Made by a program: the position numbers and the translations under genes. Positions 43,933-52,965 of a DNA stretch of 64,000 nt are shown here, in pieces; within the stretch, counting starts at the first letter, position 1, and every line of letters begins with the position of its first letter. The notes under the pieces were generated by a model. It saw only the letters and a program-made list of their open reading frames with translations, did not search any database and was not told the DNA's origin. The DNA lies in NCBI GenBank assembly GCA_045636365.1, contig JAZTXG010000031.1, positions 6,121 through 70,120 of the forward strand, in the 5' to 3' direction. The DNA comes from Eubacteriales bacterium (lineage in GTDB: Bacteria; Bacillota; Clostridia; Oscillospirales; QAKW01).

Positions 43933-45018
43933 GTGGGTTTTGAATTTGCAGAAAGCAACGAAGGTGTTGTTAATATAAAGGTAATCGGTTGCGGCGGCGG
44001 TGGCTGTAATGCAGTCAACCGTATGATCCGTGCCGGTGTGGAGGGTGTCGATTTTGTCGTCATCAATACCGATAAGCCGGTGTTGGATAATTCCAGCGCT
44101 CCCATCAAATTGCAGATCGGCGAAAAGCTGACCAAAGGTAAGGGCGCGGGCAGCGATCCCAATGTGGGTGAAAATAGCGCGCTGGAAAGCCGCGAAGAGA
44201 TCGAAGCGACTTTGCGCGGCGCCGATATGGTCTTTATCGCCGCAGGTATGGGTGGCGGCACCGGTACCGGCAGCGCCCCTGTGGTTGCCGAGATCGCCAA
44301 GGATATGGGTATCCTGACGGTTGCGATCGTCACCAAGCCCTTTGGCTTTGAAGGTCGTATGAAGATGAAGACTGCCGAGGCGGGCATTGAAAAGCTGCGC
44401 GCCCATGTGGATAGTTTGATTGTCATCCCCAACGAAAAGTTGAAGGATGCCACCAATGAACGCATCACTCTTCTGAATGCATTCCAGGTCGCCGATGATG
44501 TCCTGCGTCAGGGTGTTCAGAGCATCTCCGATCTGATCTTGATCCCCGGTCTGGTCAATGTCGACTTTGCCGACGTGCATAAGATTATGAAGGATGCAGG
44601 CAACGCTCATATGGGTGTCGGCCGCGCCGCAGGTGAAGGTAAGGCGGTCAAGGCTGCCGAGATGGCGATCTCCAGCCCCTTGCTGGAAACTTCCATCGAA
44701 GGTGCCACCGGTGTCATCTTCAATATCACCGCTTCCCCCGATATCGGGATGGACGAAGTGGATGAAGCCAGCCGTATGGTCGAGCAGGCAGCCCATCCCG
44801 ATGCCAATATCATCTGGGGTGTGGCGCTCAATAACGATCTGGATGATGAGATTATCGTCACCGTTATCGCCACCGGCTTCCCCTCCGGCGATAAGATCAA
44901 TAAGGGCGTTGTCGCCGAAGAGCCGCAGCTGGGCTTTATTGATTCCATCGGCGAAGAGGCCGAAGAAGAGGCCGACGATCTGAATTTCTTGGATCTTTTT
45001 GCAAACCTTGGAGAATAA
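43933..45018 (+). CDS. ftsZ: cell division GTPase FtsZ
   Basis: GTG start follows the RBS aggagg. Has IGCGGGGCNAVNRM and the tubulin signature GGGTGTGSAPV. Confidence 0.97.
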   Translation: MGFEFAESNEGVVNIKVIGCGGGGCNAVNRMIRAGVEGVDFVVINTDKPVLDNSSAPIKLQIGEKLTKGKGAGSDPNVGENSALESREEIEATLRGADMVFIAAGMGGGTGTGSAPVVAEIAKDMGILTVAIVTKPFGFEGRMKMKTAEAGIEKLRAHVDSLIVIPNEKLKDATNERITLLNAFQVADDVLRQGVQSISDLILIPGLVNVDFADVHKIMKDAGNAHMGVGRAAGEGKAVKAAEMAISSPLLETSIEGATGVIFNITASPDIGMDEVDEASRMVEQAAHPDANIIWGVALNNDLDDEIIVTVIATGFPSGDKINKGVVAEEPQLGFIDSIGEEAEEEADDLNFLDLFANLGE

Positions 45019-45028
45019 TTAAAAACTT

Positions 45029-45061
45029 AAAGTCGGTTTCCGCGGGGAAACCGACTTTTTA
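45029..45061 (+). terminator. Rho-independent terminator after ftsZ
   Basis: Stem agtcggtttcc / ggaaaccgact followed by T5. Confidence 0.85.
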
Positions 45062-45076
45062 AAAGGAGTATTTAAA

Positions 45077-45538
45077 ATGATTTGCGCAAGATGCGGTACC
45101 GAACATAACGATCCCGAAAACATCTGCCCGCGGTGTTTTTATGGCCGCCCCAGGAAAAAGCCTAAACTGCCCAAATGGGTCTATTGGACGATGGGGGCGA
45201 TCGCCGCGGTGGCGCTCATCGCCACCATAGCCTATTTTATCATTTCGGCGGTGCAGATGAATGTCAAGCACCAATGGATCGAAGGTACTTGGGAAAACGA
45301 TGAGATGGCGCTGATCATCAGCAGGGATGGTCGCCGCTTCCATTTGATCAACGGTCAGAATGTTTTGGTCGGGAAATATGAAATGAACGACGAGGAACTG
45401 CGGCTGATCAGCGAGGATGGAAAGCATTATGTTTATTACTACGAGTTGGAAGATGATGTGACATTGAACATCTCCTTTGTGGATGGTCAGCATATCGCGC
45501 GAGAGACGCTGACGAAATTAGATTACAGCGCAGAATAA
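45077..45538 (+). CDS. hypothetical bitopic protein: N-terminal zinc ribbon, one TM helix, small extracytoplasmic beta domain
   Basis: Has the CARCG...CPRC ribbon, a basic stretch and a TM helix WVYWTMGAIAAVALIATIAYFII. Good RBS (aaaggag). Confidence 0.6.
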   Translation: MICARCGTEHNDPENICPRCFYGRPRKKPKLPKWVYWTMGAIAAVALIATIAYFIISAVQMNVKHQWIEGTWENDEMALIISRDGRRFHLINGQNVLVGKYEMNDEELRLISEDGKHYVYYYELEDDVTLNISFVDGQHIARETLTKLDYSAE

Positions 45539-45582
45539 AAAATCCTCTGTATTCTTTTGGAATACAGAGGATTTTCGTTTTT
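45537..45582. terminator. bidirectional terminator between the zinc-ribbon gene and thrC
   Basis: Stem aatcctctgtattc / gaatacagaggatt with A/T runs on both sides. Confidence 0.85.
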
Positions 45583-45584
45583 AA

Positions 45585-47057
45585 TTATTGAAATTTCTTA
45601 GCTTGAGTCAAGGCAAAGTCGACCAGATCATCCTTTTCAATGACCGTCTCGTGCAATACCTTGGCATCCTTCAGCCCTGCCAGATTTTTGGGGATGGGCA
45701 GACCGCTCAAGGATTGGAGCTGCTCCAGGCAATCAAATTCATCGGCGGCGGGAGTCTCGCCCAGCGCCGAAAGAACTGCGTGGGGGAACTTAAAGGGAGA
45801 GGCGGTGGAAAGGACAATCACCGGCTCGGTCGCATCCTTGACATAGTCTTCGCTGACCGCCCAGCCGACAGCGGTATGGGTGTCCATCAAGTAGCCGTAG
45901 TCTTTCCAGACCTTGGCGATGTATTCAGCGGTTGTGGCATCGTCGCAGAAGCCTGCGCCAAATTCCTCTTGGATCTTTTGGAGCATTGCGACGGGAATCT
46001 GATAGCTTCCTTGCTCATTGAGCTGCTTCATCAGATCGCCAACTAAAGCGCTGTCGCCGCCGCTGGCCATAAAGAGCAGCCGCTCTAAGTTGCTGGAGAC
46101 CAAAATATCCATCGAGGGAGAGGTGGTCTTATAGAAGGGGCGCTTGCGGTCGTAAAGACCCTTTTCCAAAAAGTCGGTCAACACCTTATTTTCGTTGGAA
46201 GCGCAGATCAGTTTTTTCACAGGCAGACCCAATTTCTTGGCAAAATACCCTGCCAGAATATCGCCGAAATTGCCGGTGGGGACCACAAAGGAGACTTCGT
46301 CCCCGACCTTGATGGTCTCCTCCCGTACCAAATCGGCATAGGCCTTGAAATAGTAGACGACCTGCGGTGCTAAGCGACCGATATTGATGGAGTTGGCAGA
46401 GGAAAGCTCGATTCCGTTCAATTCGGCATCGGCGGCTGCCGCAAAGGTCTTTTTGACACCGGTCTGGGCATCGTCGAAATTGCCGTTGATGGCAGCGACC
46501 AGAACATTATTGCCGCTTTGGGTGACCATCTGGGCCTTTTGCACCGCGCTGACGCCGTTGTTGGGGAAGAAGACGATGATACGGATGCCCTCCACATCGT
46601 GGAAGCCTTCCAGCGCCGCCTTGCCGGTATCCCCGCTGGTGGCGGTGAGGATGACAATCTCTTCGGTCATGCCGGTCTTTTCTTTGGATGCGGTCATCAG
46701 CTGGGGCAGCATCGAAAGCGCCACGTCTTTAAAGGCGCTGGTCGGGCCGCGAAACAGCTCCAGAACATAGCGGTTGCCCACCTTGGCAAGGGGGGTGAGA
46801 TCCTCGCTCTCAAATTTGCCGCAGTAGGCTTTTTTAGAGAGTTCTTCCATTTCCTCGGGGCTGAAATCGGGCAGAATCGCCTGCAGGATCTTGGCGGCCA
46901 TCGGGATGGTATCCAAATCCAAAAGGGCTTTCCAATCCAAGGAAACGGCCGAAAAATCGGGAATCATATAAAGTCCGCCGTCCGGCGCGATGCCGCGCAG
47001 GATCGCCTGCGGGCCGGTAGCGGTAAGATTTTTATTGCGGGTGCTTTGATAGAGCAT
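45585..47057 (-). CDS. thrC: threonine synthase (long form)
   Basis: ATG at 47057 (MLYQSTRN...) follows the RBS ggaggc. Has the PLP lysine motif GPTSAFKD. The track start at 47117 adds an unsupported 20 aa. Confidence 0.93.
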   Translation of the reverse strand: MLYQSTRNKNLTATGPQAILRGIAPDGGLYMIPDFSAVSLDWKALLDLDTIPMAAKILQAILPDFSPEEMEELSKKAYCGKFESEDLTPLAKVGNRYVLELFRGPTSAFKDVALSMLPQLMTASKEKTGMTEEIVILTATSGDTGKAALEGFHDVEGIRIIVFFPNNGVSAVQKAQMVTQSGNNVLVAAINGNFDDAQTGVKKTFAAAADAELNGIELSSANSINIGRLAPQVVYYFKAYADLVREETIKVGDEVSFVVPTGNFGDILAGYFAKKLGLPVKKLICASNENKVLTDFLEKGLYDRKRPFYKTTSPSMDILVSSNLERLLFMASGGDSALVGDLMKQLNEQGSYQIPVAMLQKIQEEFGAGFCDDATTAEYIAKVWKDYGYLMDTHTAVGWAVSEDYVKDATEPVIVLSTASPFKFPHAVLSALGETPAADEFDCLEQLQSLSGLPIPKNLAGLKDAKVLHETVIEKDDLVDFALTQAKKFQ

Positions 47058-47211
47058 TGGTTTTGCCTCCATAATCGTTAATATATTTATTTTATAAGAA
47101 AATGGTCTGTTCGTCAACAGTATAGTGTAAACAAAAGAAAAAAACCTTGCAATTATTATAAATATTTATTATTATTAAATTGATATATTATGTATTTTAA
47201 GGAGAACGAGA

Positions 47212-48171
47212 ATGGAAAATCTACAGAATATGGAAATGAAAAAGCGGTTGTGCGGTAAGATTTTAGATGAGATGAAAAAGGTCATCATCGGTAAAGACGA
47301 CCAACTGCGGATGCTTTTGATCGCCTTGCTTTCTAAAGGTCATATTTTGGTCGAGGACGTTCCCGGCGTGGGTAAGACTACCGCCGCTGTTGCCATGGCA
47401 CGCGCCACAGGCTTGGATGCCAAGCGTGTGCAGTTTACTCCCGACGTTATGGCGACCGATATTTCGGGCTTCACCGCGCCGGACGGTAAGACCGGCGAAT
47501 TTGTCTATAAACCCGGTGTATGTATGACCAATATCCTCATCGCCGATGAGATCAACCGCACCTCTCCCAAGACCCAATCTGCGTTGCTGGAAGTGATGGA
47601 AGAGCGGCAGGTCACTGTGGATGGTGTGACCCATAAATTGCCCGAGCCTTTTATGGTGGTGGCAACCCAGAACCCCTTGGGTTATATCGGTACCTATCCC
47701 TTGCCCGAAGCCCAGCTGGACCGCTTTTTAATGAAGATGTCGATGGGGTATCCTACCGCCGATCAGGAAGCGCTGATTATCGGCGATCGCCACGGCATCA
47801 ATCCGATGGATTCGGTGGAAGCGGTAACCTCTCCCGAGGAGATTTTGGTGCTGCAAAAGGCAGTCGAAGAGATTCATGTGGACGATGCGGTCAAGCAATA
47901 TATCGTCGAGCTGGTTTGTGCCACTCGTGAAAACAATATGATCGCTCTGGCAGCTTCGCCGCGTGCTTCCCTTGCATTGATGCGTGCTGCTTGTGCCGCG
48001 GCATTGTTGGAAGGGCGTTCCTATGTCATTCCCCGCGATGTATCGGAGATGTATGAGGCCATCGTTTCCCACCGCTTGATGCTTTCTCCCGAAGCGAAAA
48101 TAGAGCGGCTGACGGCCTCTGCCATCTTGGAAAAATTGAGAGATACCGTTAAAGCACCGATTTTGAAATAA
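47212..48171 (+). CDS. MoxR-family AAA+ ATPase
   Basis: Has Walker A VPGVGKT, Walker B LIADEINR and QNPLGYIGTYPLPEAQLDRF. Confidence 0.92.
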   Translation: MENLQNMEMKKRLCGKILDEMKKVIIGKDDQLRMLLIALLSKGHILVEDVPGVGKTTAAVAMARATGLDAKRVQFTPDVMATDISGFTAPDGKTGEFVYKPGVCMTNILIADEINRTSPKTQSALLEVMEERQVTVDGVTHKLPEPFMVVATQNPLGYIGTYPLPEAQLDRFLMKMSMGYPTADQEALIIGDRHGINPMDSVEAVTSPEEILVLQKAVEEIHVDDAVKQYIVELVCATRENNMIALAASPRASLALMRAACAAALLEGRSYVIPRDVSEMYEAIVSHRLMLSPEAKIERLTASAILEKLRDTVKAPILK

Positions 48172-48189
48172 TAAGGAAATCTTGAAATT

Positions 48190-49353
48190 ATGATTCGTTC
48201 TCGTCTGACATATCTGGCGATATTGATCGCGGCGTTTGTCTTTTCCCAAGCGCTGTATGATTCCATTTCGCTGTTTACATTAGCGGTGGTGCTTTTGCTG
48301 CCGATCGTTTCTCTTCTTTGCCTTTTAATCAGCTTGATGCTGGTTAAGATCCGTGCTGTCCCTGCACCGGTTAAGGTGCATCGGATGGAGCAGGTGATGA
48401 TGAAGGTGCAGATCGAGAGTAAAACACCGTTGATGTTGCCGATGATGAAATTCGGCATTACCGCCTCCAATCCCCAAGGCGATGCTTCGGTCAAGGGCTA
48501 TACCATCGCCCATTACCGCGCCTTTGGTAAAAGCATTCTGGAGATCCCGCTGCGCTTTAATGTTCGCGGGGTCTATAATGTGGGGATCGATTGGGTGGAA
48601 TTTTATGATTTTATGAAGCTCTTTCGCATTCGGCGGAAGATTGCATCCCAATCCAATATCACCGCCTGCCCCCGCGATCTGCATCTGGCGCTTTCCTTGA
48701 ACCCCAGCCCGCAGGAGCAGGAAAATACCGTGACCGCCGGCGGCAGGGAAACCAAAAACAACGGCGATTTATCGGGGATTCGGGAATTTAATGAATACGA
48801 TACCTTGCGGAATGTGCATTGGAAGCTCTCCGCCCGCCTTTCCAAAATGATCGTCAAGACCTATTGGGAAAATTCCTGCCAGAATATTATGGTGCTCGCC
48901 GACCTTTTCCCCTATGAAGAGGATCGCCTGCTCAACCGCCGCCTCACCGACGGTGTGGTGGAGGTGGTGCTGCAGGTCAGCGCCCTTCTGGCGGAGCAAG
49001 AGGTTCGTATTACCTTGGGATATCCCAATTATGATTATGTTCTTCAGCATCAAAGCATCTCCTCCATTGAGGAGCAGATGGAGGTTTCCGAAGCCTTCGC
49101 GATGGCCCCGATGATGAAGCGGGGAAGCTTGGAGCAATCCCTTTCGGAGGTGGATTTTTCTTCTCTGCAGGGCGGCGCGCTCTATATCGTCACCTCCATG
49201 CCTGCCGAGGACCTGACCAAGGCTCTGCGCCCCTATTTGCTGGGCGCAAACTTTGATCTGCAATGCATTCTCATTCGCCCCGAGCAAGAGCCCTGCAATC
49301 AACAGATGAAGCTGATTCTCTTAGAGGAATTGGAAGGGGGTGCGGAAGGATGA
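48190..49353 (+). CDS. DUF58-family protein (two N-terminal TM helices, vWA-like fold)
   Basis: Has the DUF58 signature around REFNEYDTLRNVHWKLSARLSKMIVK. Sits in the canonical position after MoxR. Confidence 0.8.
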   Translation: MIRSRLTYLAILIAAFVFSQALYDSISLFTLAVVLLLPIVSLLCLLISLMLVKIRAVPAPVKVHRMEQVMMKVQIESKTPLMLPMMKFGITASNPQGDASVKGYTIAHYRAFGKSILEIPLRFNVRGVYNVGIDWVEFYDFMKLFRIRRKIASQSNITACPRDLHLALSLNPSPQEQENTVTAGGRETKNNGDLSGIREFNEYDTLRNVHWKLSARLSKMIVKTYWENSCQNIMVLADLFPYEEDRLLNRRLTDGVVEVVLQVSALLAEQEVRITLGYPNYDYVLQHQSISSIEEQMEVSEAFAMAPMMKRGSLEQSLSEVDFSSLQGGALYIVTSMPAEDLTKALRPYLLGANFDLQCILIRPEQEPCNQQMKLILLEELEGGAEG

Positions 49354-51992
49354 GTAAACGCTCCAAGCCTATTTATGTTCCCGCGCAGGTGCAGATGAAC
49401 CAAAGCAGCACCGCAGGCGGTGTCCTGCTGGAGATGCTGCTCCTTTATGTCGGTCTGGTGGGCTACTTATTCTGCAACACCACCGCTTTGGATATGAATA
49501 TCCACCCCATCGTCACGCTGCTGATCTCGGCGCTCGCCTTCGGATTGATGATTTTGATGGTTTGGTATAAGCGGGTATTCTTCAGTGTTTTGGGCGGTGT
49601 TGCCGCCATCTCGCTGATCGGCTGGAAGATCGCCGCCCCCCTCTATCAATCGCTCTGGCGGTCGCTGGAGGTGTGTTATAACTATACCATCCATCTGCTG
49701 GCGGCCCAGCCGGATTATTCTGACTATAAGGACTATATGACGATGGATATCGCCGATGTCCTCAAGACCCCAATGATTCTGCAGCGGTATTTCTATACCG
49801 CCATCATTCTTCTTTCTCTGATCGCTTCGGTGTTTTTTGCTCTGGCATTGTTCCGCAGAATTCCGCCGATCGTTTCCGTTTTGGTGCCGGGAGCGTTGCT
49901 GGTTCCCTTCTTCTTCTACGGAATTGTGCCCCATTATATCGCCTTCAGCATCTTTCTTTCGGCGGTGGTGGGCTGCTATGGGCAGAGCCTGACCCGCTCT
50001 GTATCCAAGGCGAGGGAAAAGAAGCCTAAAAAAGAAAAGGGCAAAAAAGCCCAAAAGACCCGAAAGAAATATACCTCCAAAGAGCGGTTGGCCTTTGCCG
50101 CCCAAAGCGGTAATTTCGGAATGATCGTCACCGCGATGTTGCTGATCATCACCATCGGCACCGCCTCCTTTATCTATTCTCGCCCCATTGTCCAGATGGA
50201 TCAGGTGCGGGAGTCGATCGATCTTTTGGCGGAAGACGCGCTGAATCTGGTCTTTGCCGAAACCTATGAAAAGAACCTGAATGTGGCGGGCTATATGGAG
50301 GAGGATGAGGCGTTAAGCCTTGAGGTTCCCCGTTGGCGTCGGTTGAAGGTGGCGAAGGTCACAACGCAGACCGAGCTGCCGGTCTACCTGCGCTACCGCC
50401 CCACCTTGTCGATCACCGACGAAGGATGGATGGCGGCGGACGAAAACTTTGAATCCTTGCTGAAGGAGCGCCTGAACCCTGATTTCTATGAGTATAACCA
50501 ATACTATAACTACCTGACTCTGACCGCCCCCAGCGGCGATCCCAAGAAGGCCAAGCTGGACGCGGTGGATGCGGAGCAGGAAGGCTATGTCAACGATGTT
50601 GTCACAGTCCGTCCCCAATATCGGGCGAGTGATTTCCTTGGTATTCCCGGCGGCGCGGCGGATGTCGCCCCCGAGGGAGATTATACCAGGCTGGAGCAGA
50701 TGGCAGATACCCTTCTGCTTTCCCTTAAACGACCCTCCGATCGCACCTATTCCTTTAAGGTGACCTCCCCGATGCTGACTGCAAACGACTTTTTGGGCAA
50801 ATTCCAAGCCAATCAGGATGCCTATCAGACGCTGCGCAGGCAAAAAGCGCGTCAGAATATGTATCTGAGCAATGAATGGGTTTATAGCCAAATTGTCCGA
50901 AACTATTATACGGTCCTGCCCACCCAACTTCGCAATCTGGTCTGGAGGGACGCCCAAAGAATCACCGCTCCCTATGAGGATACCATCGAAAAGGTGCAGG
51001 CGATCGAACGGTACCTGCGGGAAAACTATAGCTATTCAACCGAGCGCCGCAAGCTTTCCCGCGAGGACGGTACTCCTGCGGATGCCTTTGACCAGATTCA
51101 ATATTTCCTCTATCAAAATAAGAAAAAGGATGGCTATTGCACCCTCTTTGCCTCCTCCATGACCGCGATGCTCCGCAGTCTTGGAATCCCCGCGCGGGTG
51201 GTCAGCGGATATTATGTCCAACCGGAGCTGGTGGATGTGGATTATTATTCCGCGCAGATCTACGATTATAACCACCACGCTTGGGTAGAGGTCTATTTCG
51301 ACGGTGTCGGCTGGGTCTCCTTTGAGCCCACCGCGGGCTTCGGTGTGGAACGCAATTACTACCTGCTGGATCTTTCGGACCAAGGCGAGGAGCCTCAGTT
51401 CGATGAGAGCGATGTGGAGGTCGAATATACCGAGCCGGAAGGAATCGTCATCTATGATGTCATCCCCGAGCCGATAGAGACCGAACCTCCGCAGGATCAA
51501 CCCCTCGAAAATCTTGTGCCCGATCTGAGCAAGGAGAGCGGATGGTGGCTGCTGGTGATTGAACTTTTGCTGTTGCTGCTGCTGTTGGGAACCATCGTCG
51601 GCGGGCTATGGTATTTGCATTACAGCCGACTGAAAAAGATCCGTACCCTCCCTGCGACCGAAGGGGTGCAGACAGCGTATAATGTGATTCTGCGCCTGAT
51701 GCAGATGCGCGGCTTTAAGTTCTTTGAAGGCGAGTTGCTGGATTCCTTTGCTCAGCGGGTCGATAATCTGGAGCTTGCTCCGCTGCCGATGAAGCCGATC
51801 GCCCCTGTCTTGCAAAAGGCTCTGTATGCCACCGAAGAGATCAGCGAAGAAGAGCGCAATGCGGTGGCTGAGTTTGCCGAAGCGCTGGCGCGGAAATTCT
51901 TCAGAAGAGTCGATCCGATCCGTTGGATTTTGTTCACTCTGCTTTTGACCAAAAAACCGCACTATAAATCTATGATATGGAAGTTTAAATGA
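49350..51992 (+). CDS. polytopic membrane transglutaminase-domain protein
   Basis: ATG at 49350 (ATGA overlap with the DUF58 stop). Has several N-terminal TM helices and a Lys-rich loop KAREKKPKKEKGKKAQKTRKKY. Transglutaminase core: DGYCTLFAS (Cys), HHAWVEVY (His), SFEPT. Has a C-terminal TM helix. Confidence 0.8.
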   Translation: MSKRSKPIYVPAQVQMNQSSTAGGVLLEMLLLYVGLVGYLFCNTTALDMNIHPIVTLLISALAFGLMILMVWYKRVFFSVLGGVAAISLIGWKIAAPLYQSLWRSLEVCYNYTIHLLAAQPDYSDYKDYMTMDIADVLKTPMILQRYFYTAIILLSLIASVFFALALFRRIPPIVSVLVPGALLVPFFFYGIVPHYIAFSIFLSAVVGCYGQSLTRSVSKAREKKPKKEKGKKAQKTRKKYTSKERLAFAAQSGNFGMIVTAMLLIITIGTASFIYSRPIVQMDQVRESIDLLAEDALNLVFAETYEKNLNVAGYMEEDEALSLEVPRWRRLKVAKVTTQTELPVYLRYRPTLSITDEGWMAADENFESLLKERLNPDFYEYNQYYNYLTLTAPSGDPKKAKLDAVDAEQEGYVNDVVTVRPQYRASDFLGIPGGAADVAPEGDYTRLEQMADTLLLSLKRPSDRTYSFKVTSPMLTANDFLGKFQANQDAYQTLRRQKARQNMYLSNEWVYSQIVRNYYTVLPTQLRNLVWRDAQRITAPYEDTIEKVQAIERYLRENYSYSTERRKLSREDGTPADAFDQIQYFLYQNKKKDGYCTLFASSMTAMLRSLGIPARVVSGYYVQPELVDVDYYSAQIYDYNHHAWVEVYFDGVGWVSFEPTAGFGVERNYYLLDLSDQGEEPQFDESDVEVEYTEPEGIVIYDVIPEPIETEPPQDQPLENLVPDLSKESGWWLLVIELLLLLLLLGTIVGGLWYLHYSRLKKIRTLPATEGVQTAYNVILRLMQMRGFKFFEGELLDSFAQRVDNLELAPLPMKPIAPVLQKALYATEEISEEERNAVAEFAEALARKFFRRVDPIRWILFTLLLTKKPHYKSMIWKFK

Positions 51993-52933
51993 AACGATTT
52001 GAGATAACCAAAAACGATGCAGAGCAGCGATTGGACCGCTTTGTTCAAAAGGTGGCGGGCAATTTAAGCCCCTCGCTGATGTATAAATATCTGCGCAAAA
52101 AATCCATCAAGGTCAACGGCAAGCGGGCGGAAGGCAACGCCCGCTTGGCGGAAGGCGATATTGTGGAAATGTATATCAACGATGAATTTTTCACCGAGAA
52201 GAAAAGCGATTTCCGCTCCATCGCCTATCAGCCCGAGCTTTCGATCGTCTATGAAGATGAAAACCTGATGCTGGTGGATAAAAAAGCGGGTGTTCCGGTC
52301 CACGCCGATGACCATGGCAGCCGCGATACGCTGATCAACCATATTTTGCTTTACCTGTATCAAAAGGGAGATTATGATCCCGATGCGGAAGCCAGTTTTA
52401 CCCCTGCGCTCTGTAACCGCCTGGATAAAAATACCGGCGGGATCGTCATTGTCGCCAAAAATGCCAAGGCGGGCCGCGCTCTTTATGAGATTGTCAAATA
52501 CCGCCAAGTGGAAAAGCGGTACCTGGCATTGGCATTGGGGCAATTTAACCGTAAGGCGGCCACTTTGAAGGCGTGGCTGAAAAAGGATGCCAACCAAAAT
52601 ATGGTGCAGGTATCCGCCCAAAAGAAGGAAGGCTTTAAAGAGATTATCACCCGCTATCGGGTGTTGCGGGAAGGCAACGGGCTATCGCTGTTGGAAATCG
52701 AGTTGGTCACCGGCAGAACCCATCAGATCCGCGCCCACCTTGCCTTTGAGGGGCATCCGGTGGCAGGGGATATGAAATACGGCAGGGTGGCAGAGAATAA
52801 GAAAAACCCCTTCCGTCATCAAGCCCTTTATGCCTATTCGCTGGAATTTAAGCTTCCCGAAGATCATTTTCTTTCCTATCTCAATGGAAAGGTCTTTAAA
52901 GTTCCCAAAGTTTATTTTGAAGATTATATTTAA
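51989..52933 (+). CDS. RluA-family pseudouridine synthase with S4 domain
   Basis: Has LDRFV...S4-like N-terminus, the catalytic motif NRLDKNTGG and GRTHQIRAH. ATGA overlap with the transglutaminase gene. Confidence 0.88.
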   Translation: MKRFEITKNDAEQRLDRFVQKVAGNLSPSLMYKYLRKKSIKVNGKRAEGNARLAEGDIVEMYINDEFFTEKKSDFRSIAYQPELSIVYEDENLMLVDKKAGVPVHADDHGSRDTLINHILLYLYQKGDYDPDAEASFTPALCNRLDKNTGGIVIVAKNAKAGRALYEIVKYRQVEKRYLALALGQFNRKAATLKAWLKKDANQNMVQVSAQKKEGFKEIITRYRVLREGNGLSLLEIELVTGRTHQIRAHLAFEGHPVAGDMKYGRVAENKKNPFRHQALYAYSLEFKLPEDHFLSYLNGKVFKVPKVYFEDYI

Positions 52934-52965
52934 AAAAGGCACCCGCATCAGCGGGTGCCTTTTTC
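52932..52965. terminator. bidirectional terminator between rluA-like gene and potD
   Basis: Stem aaggcacccgc / gcgggtgcctt with an A-run and a T-run. Confidence 0.85.
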
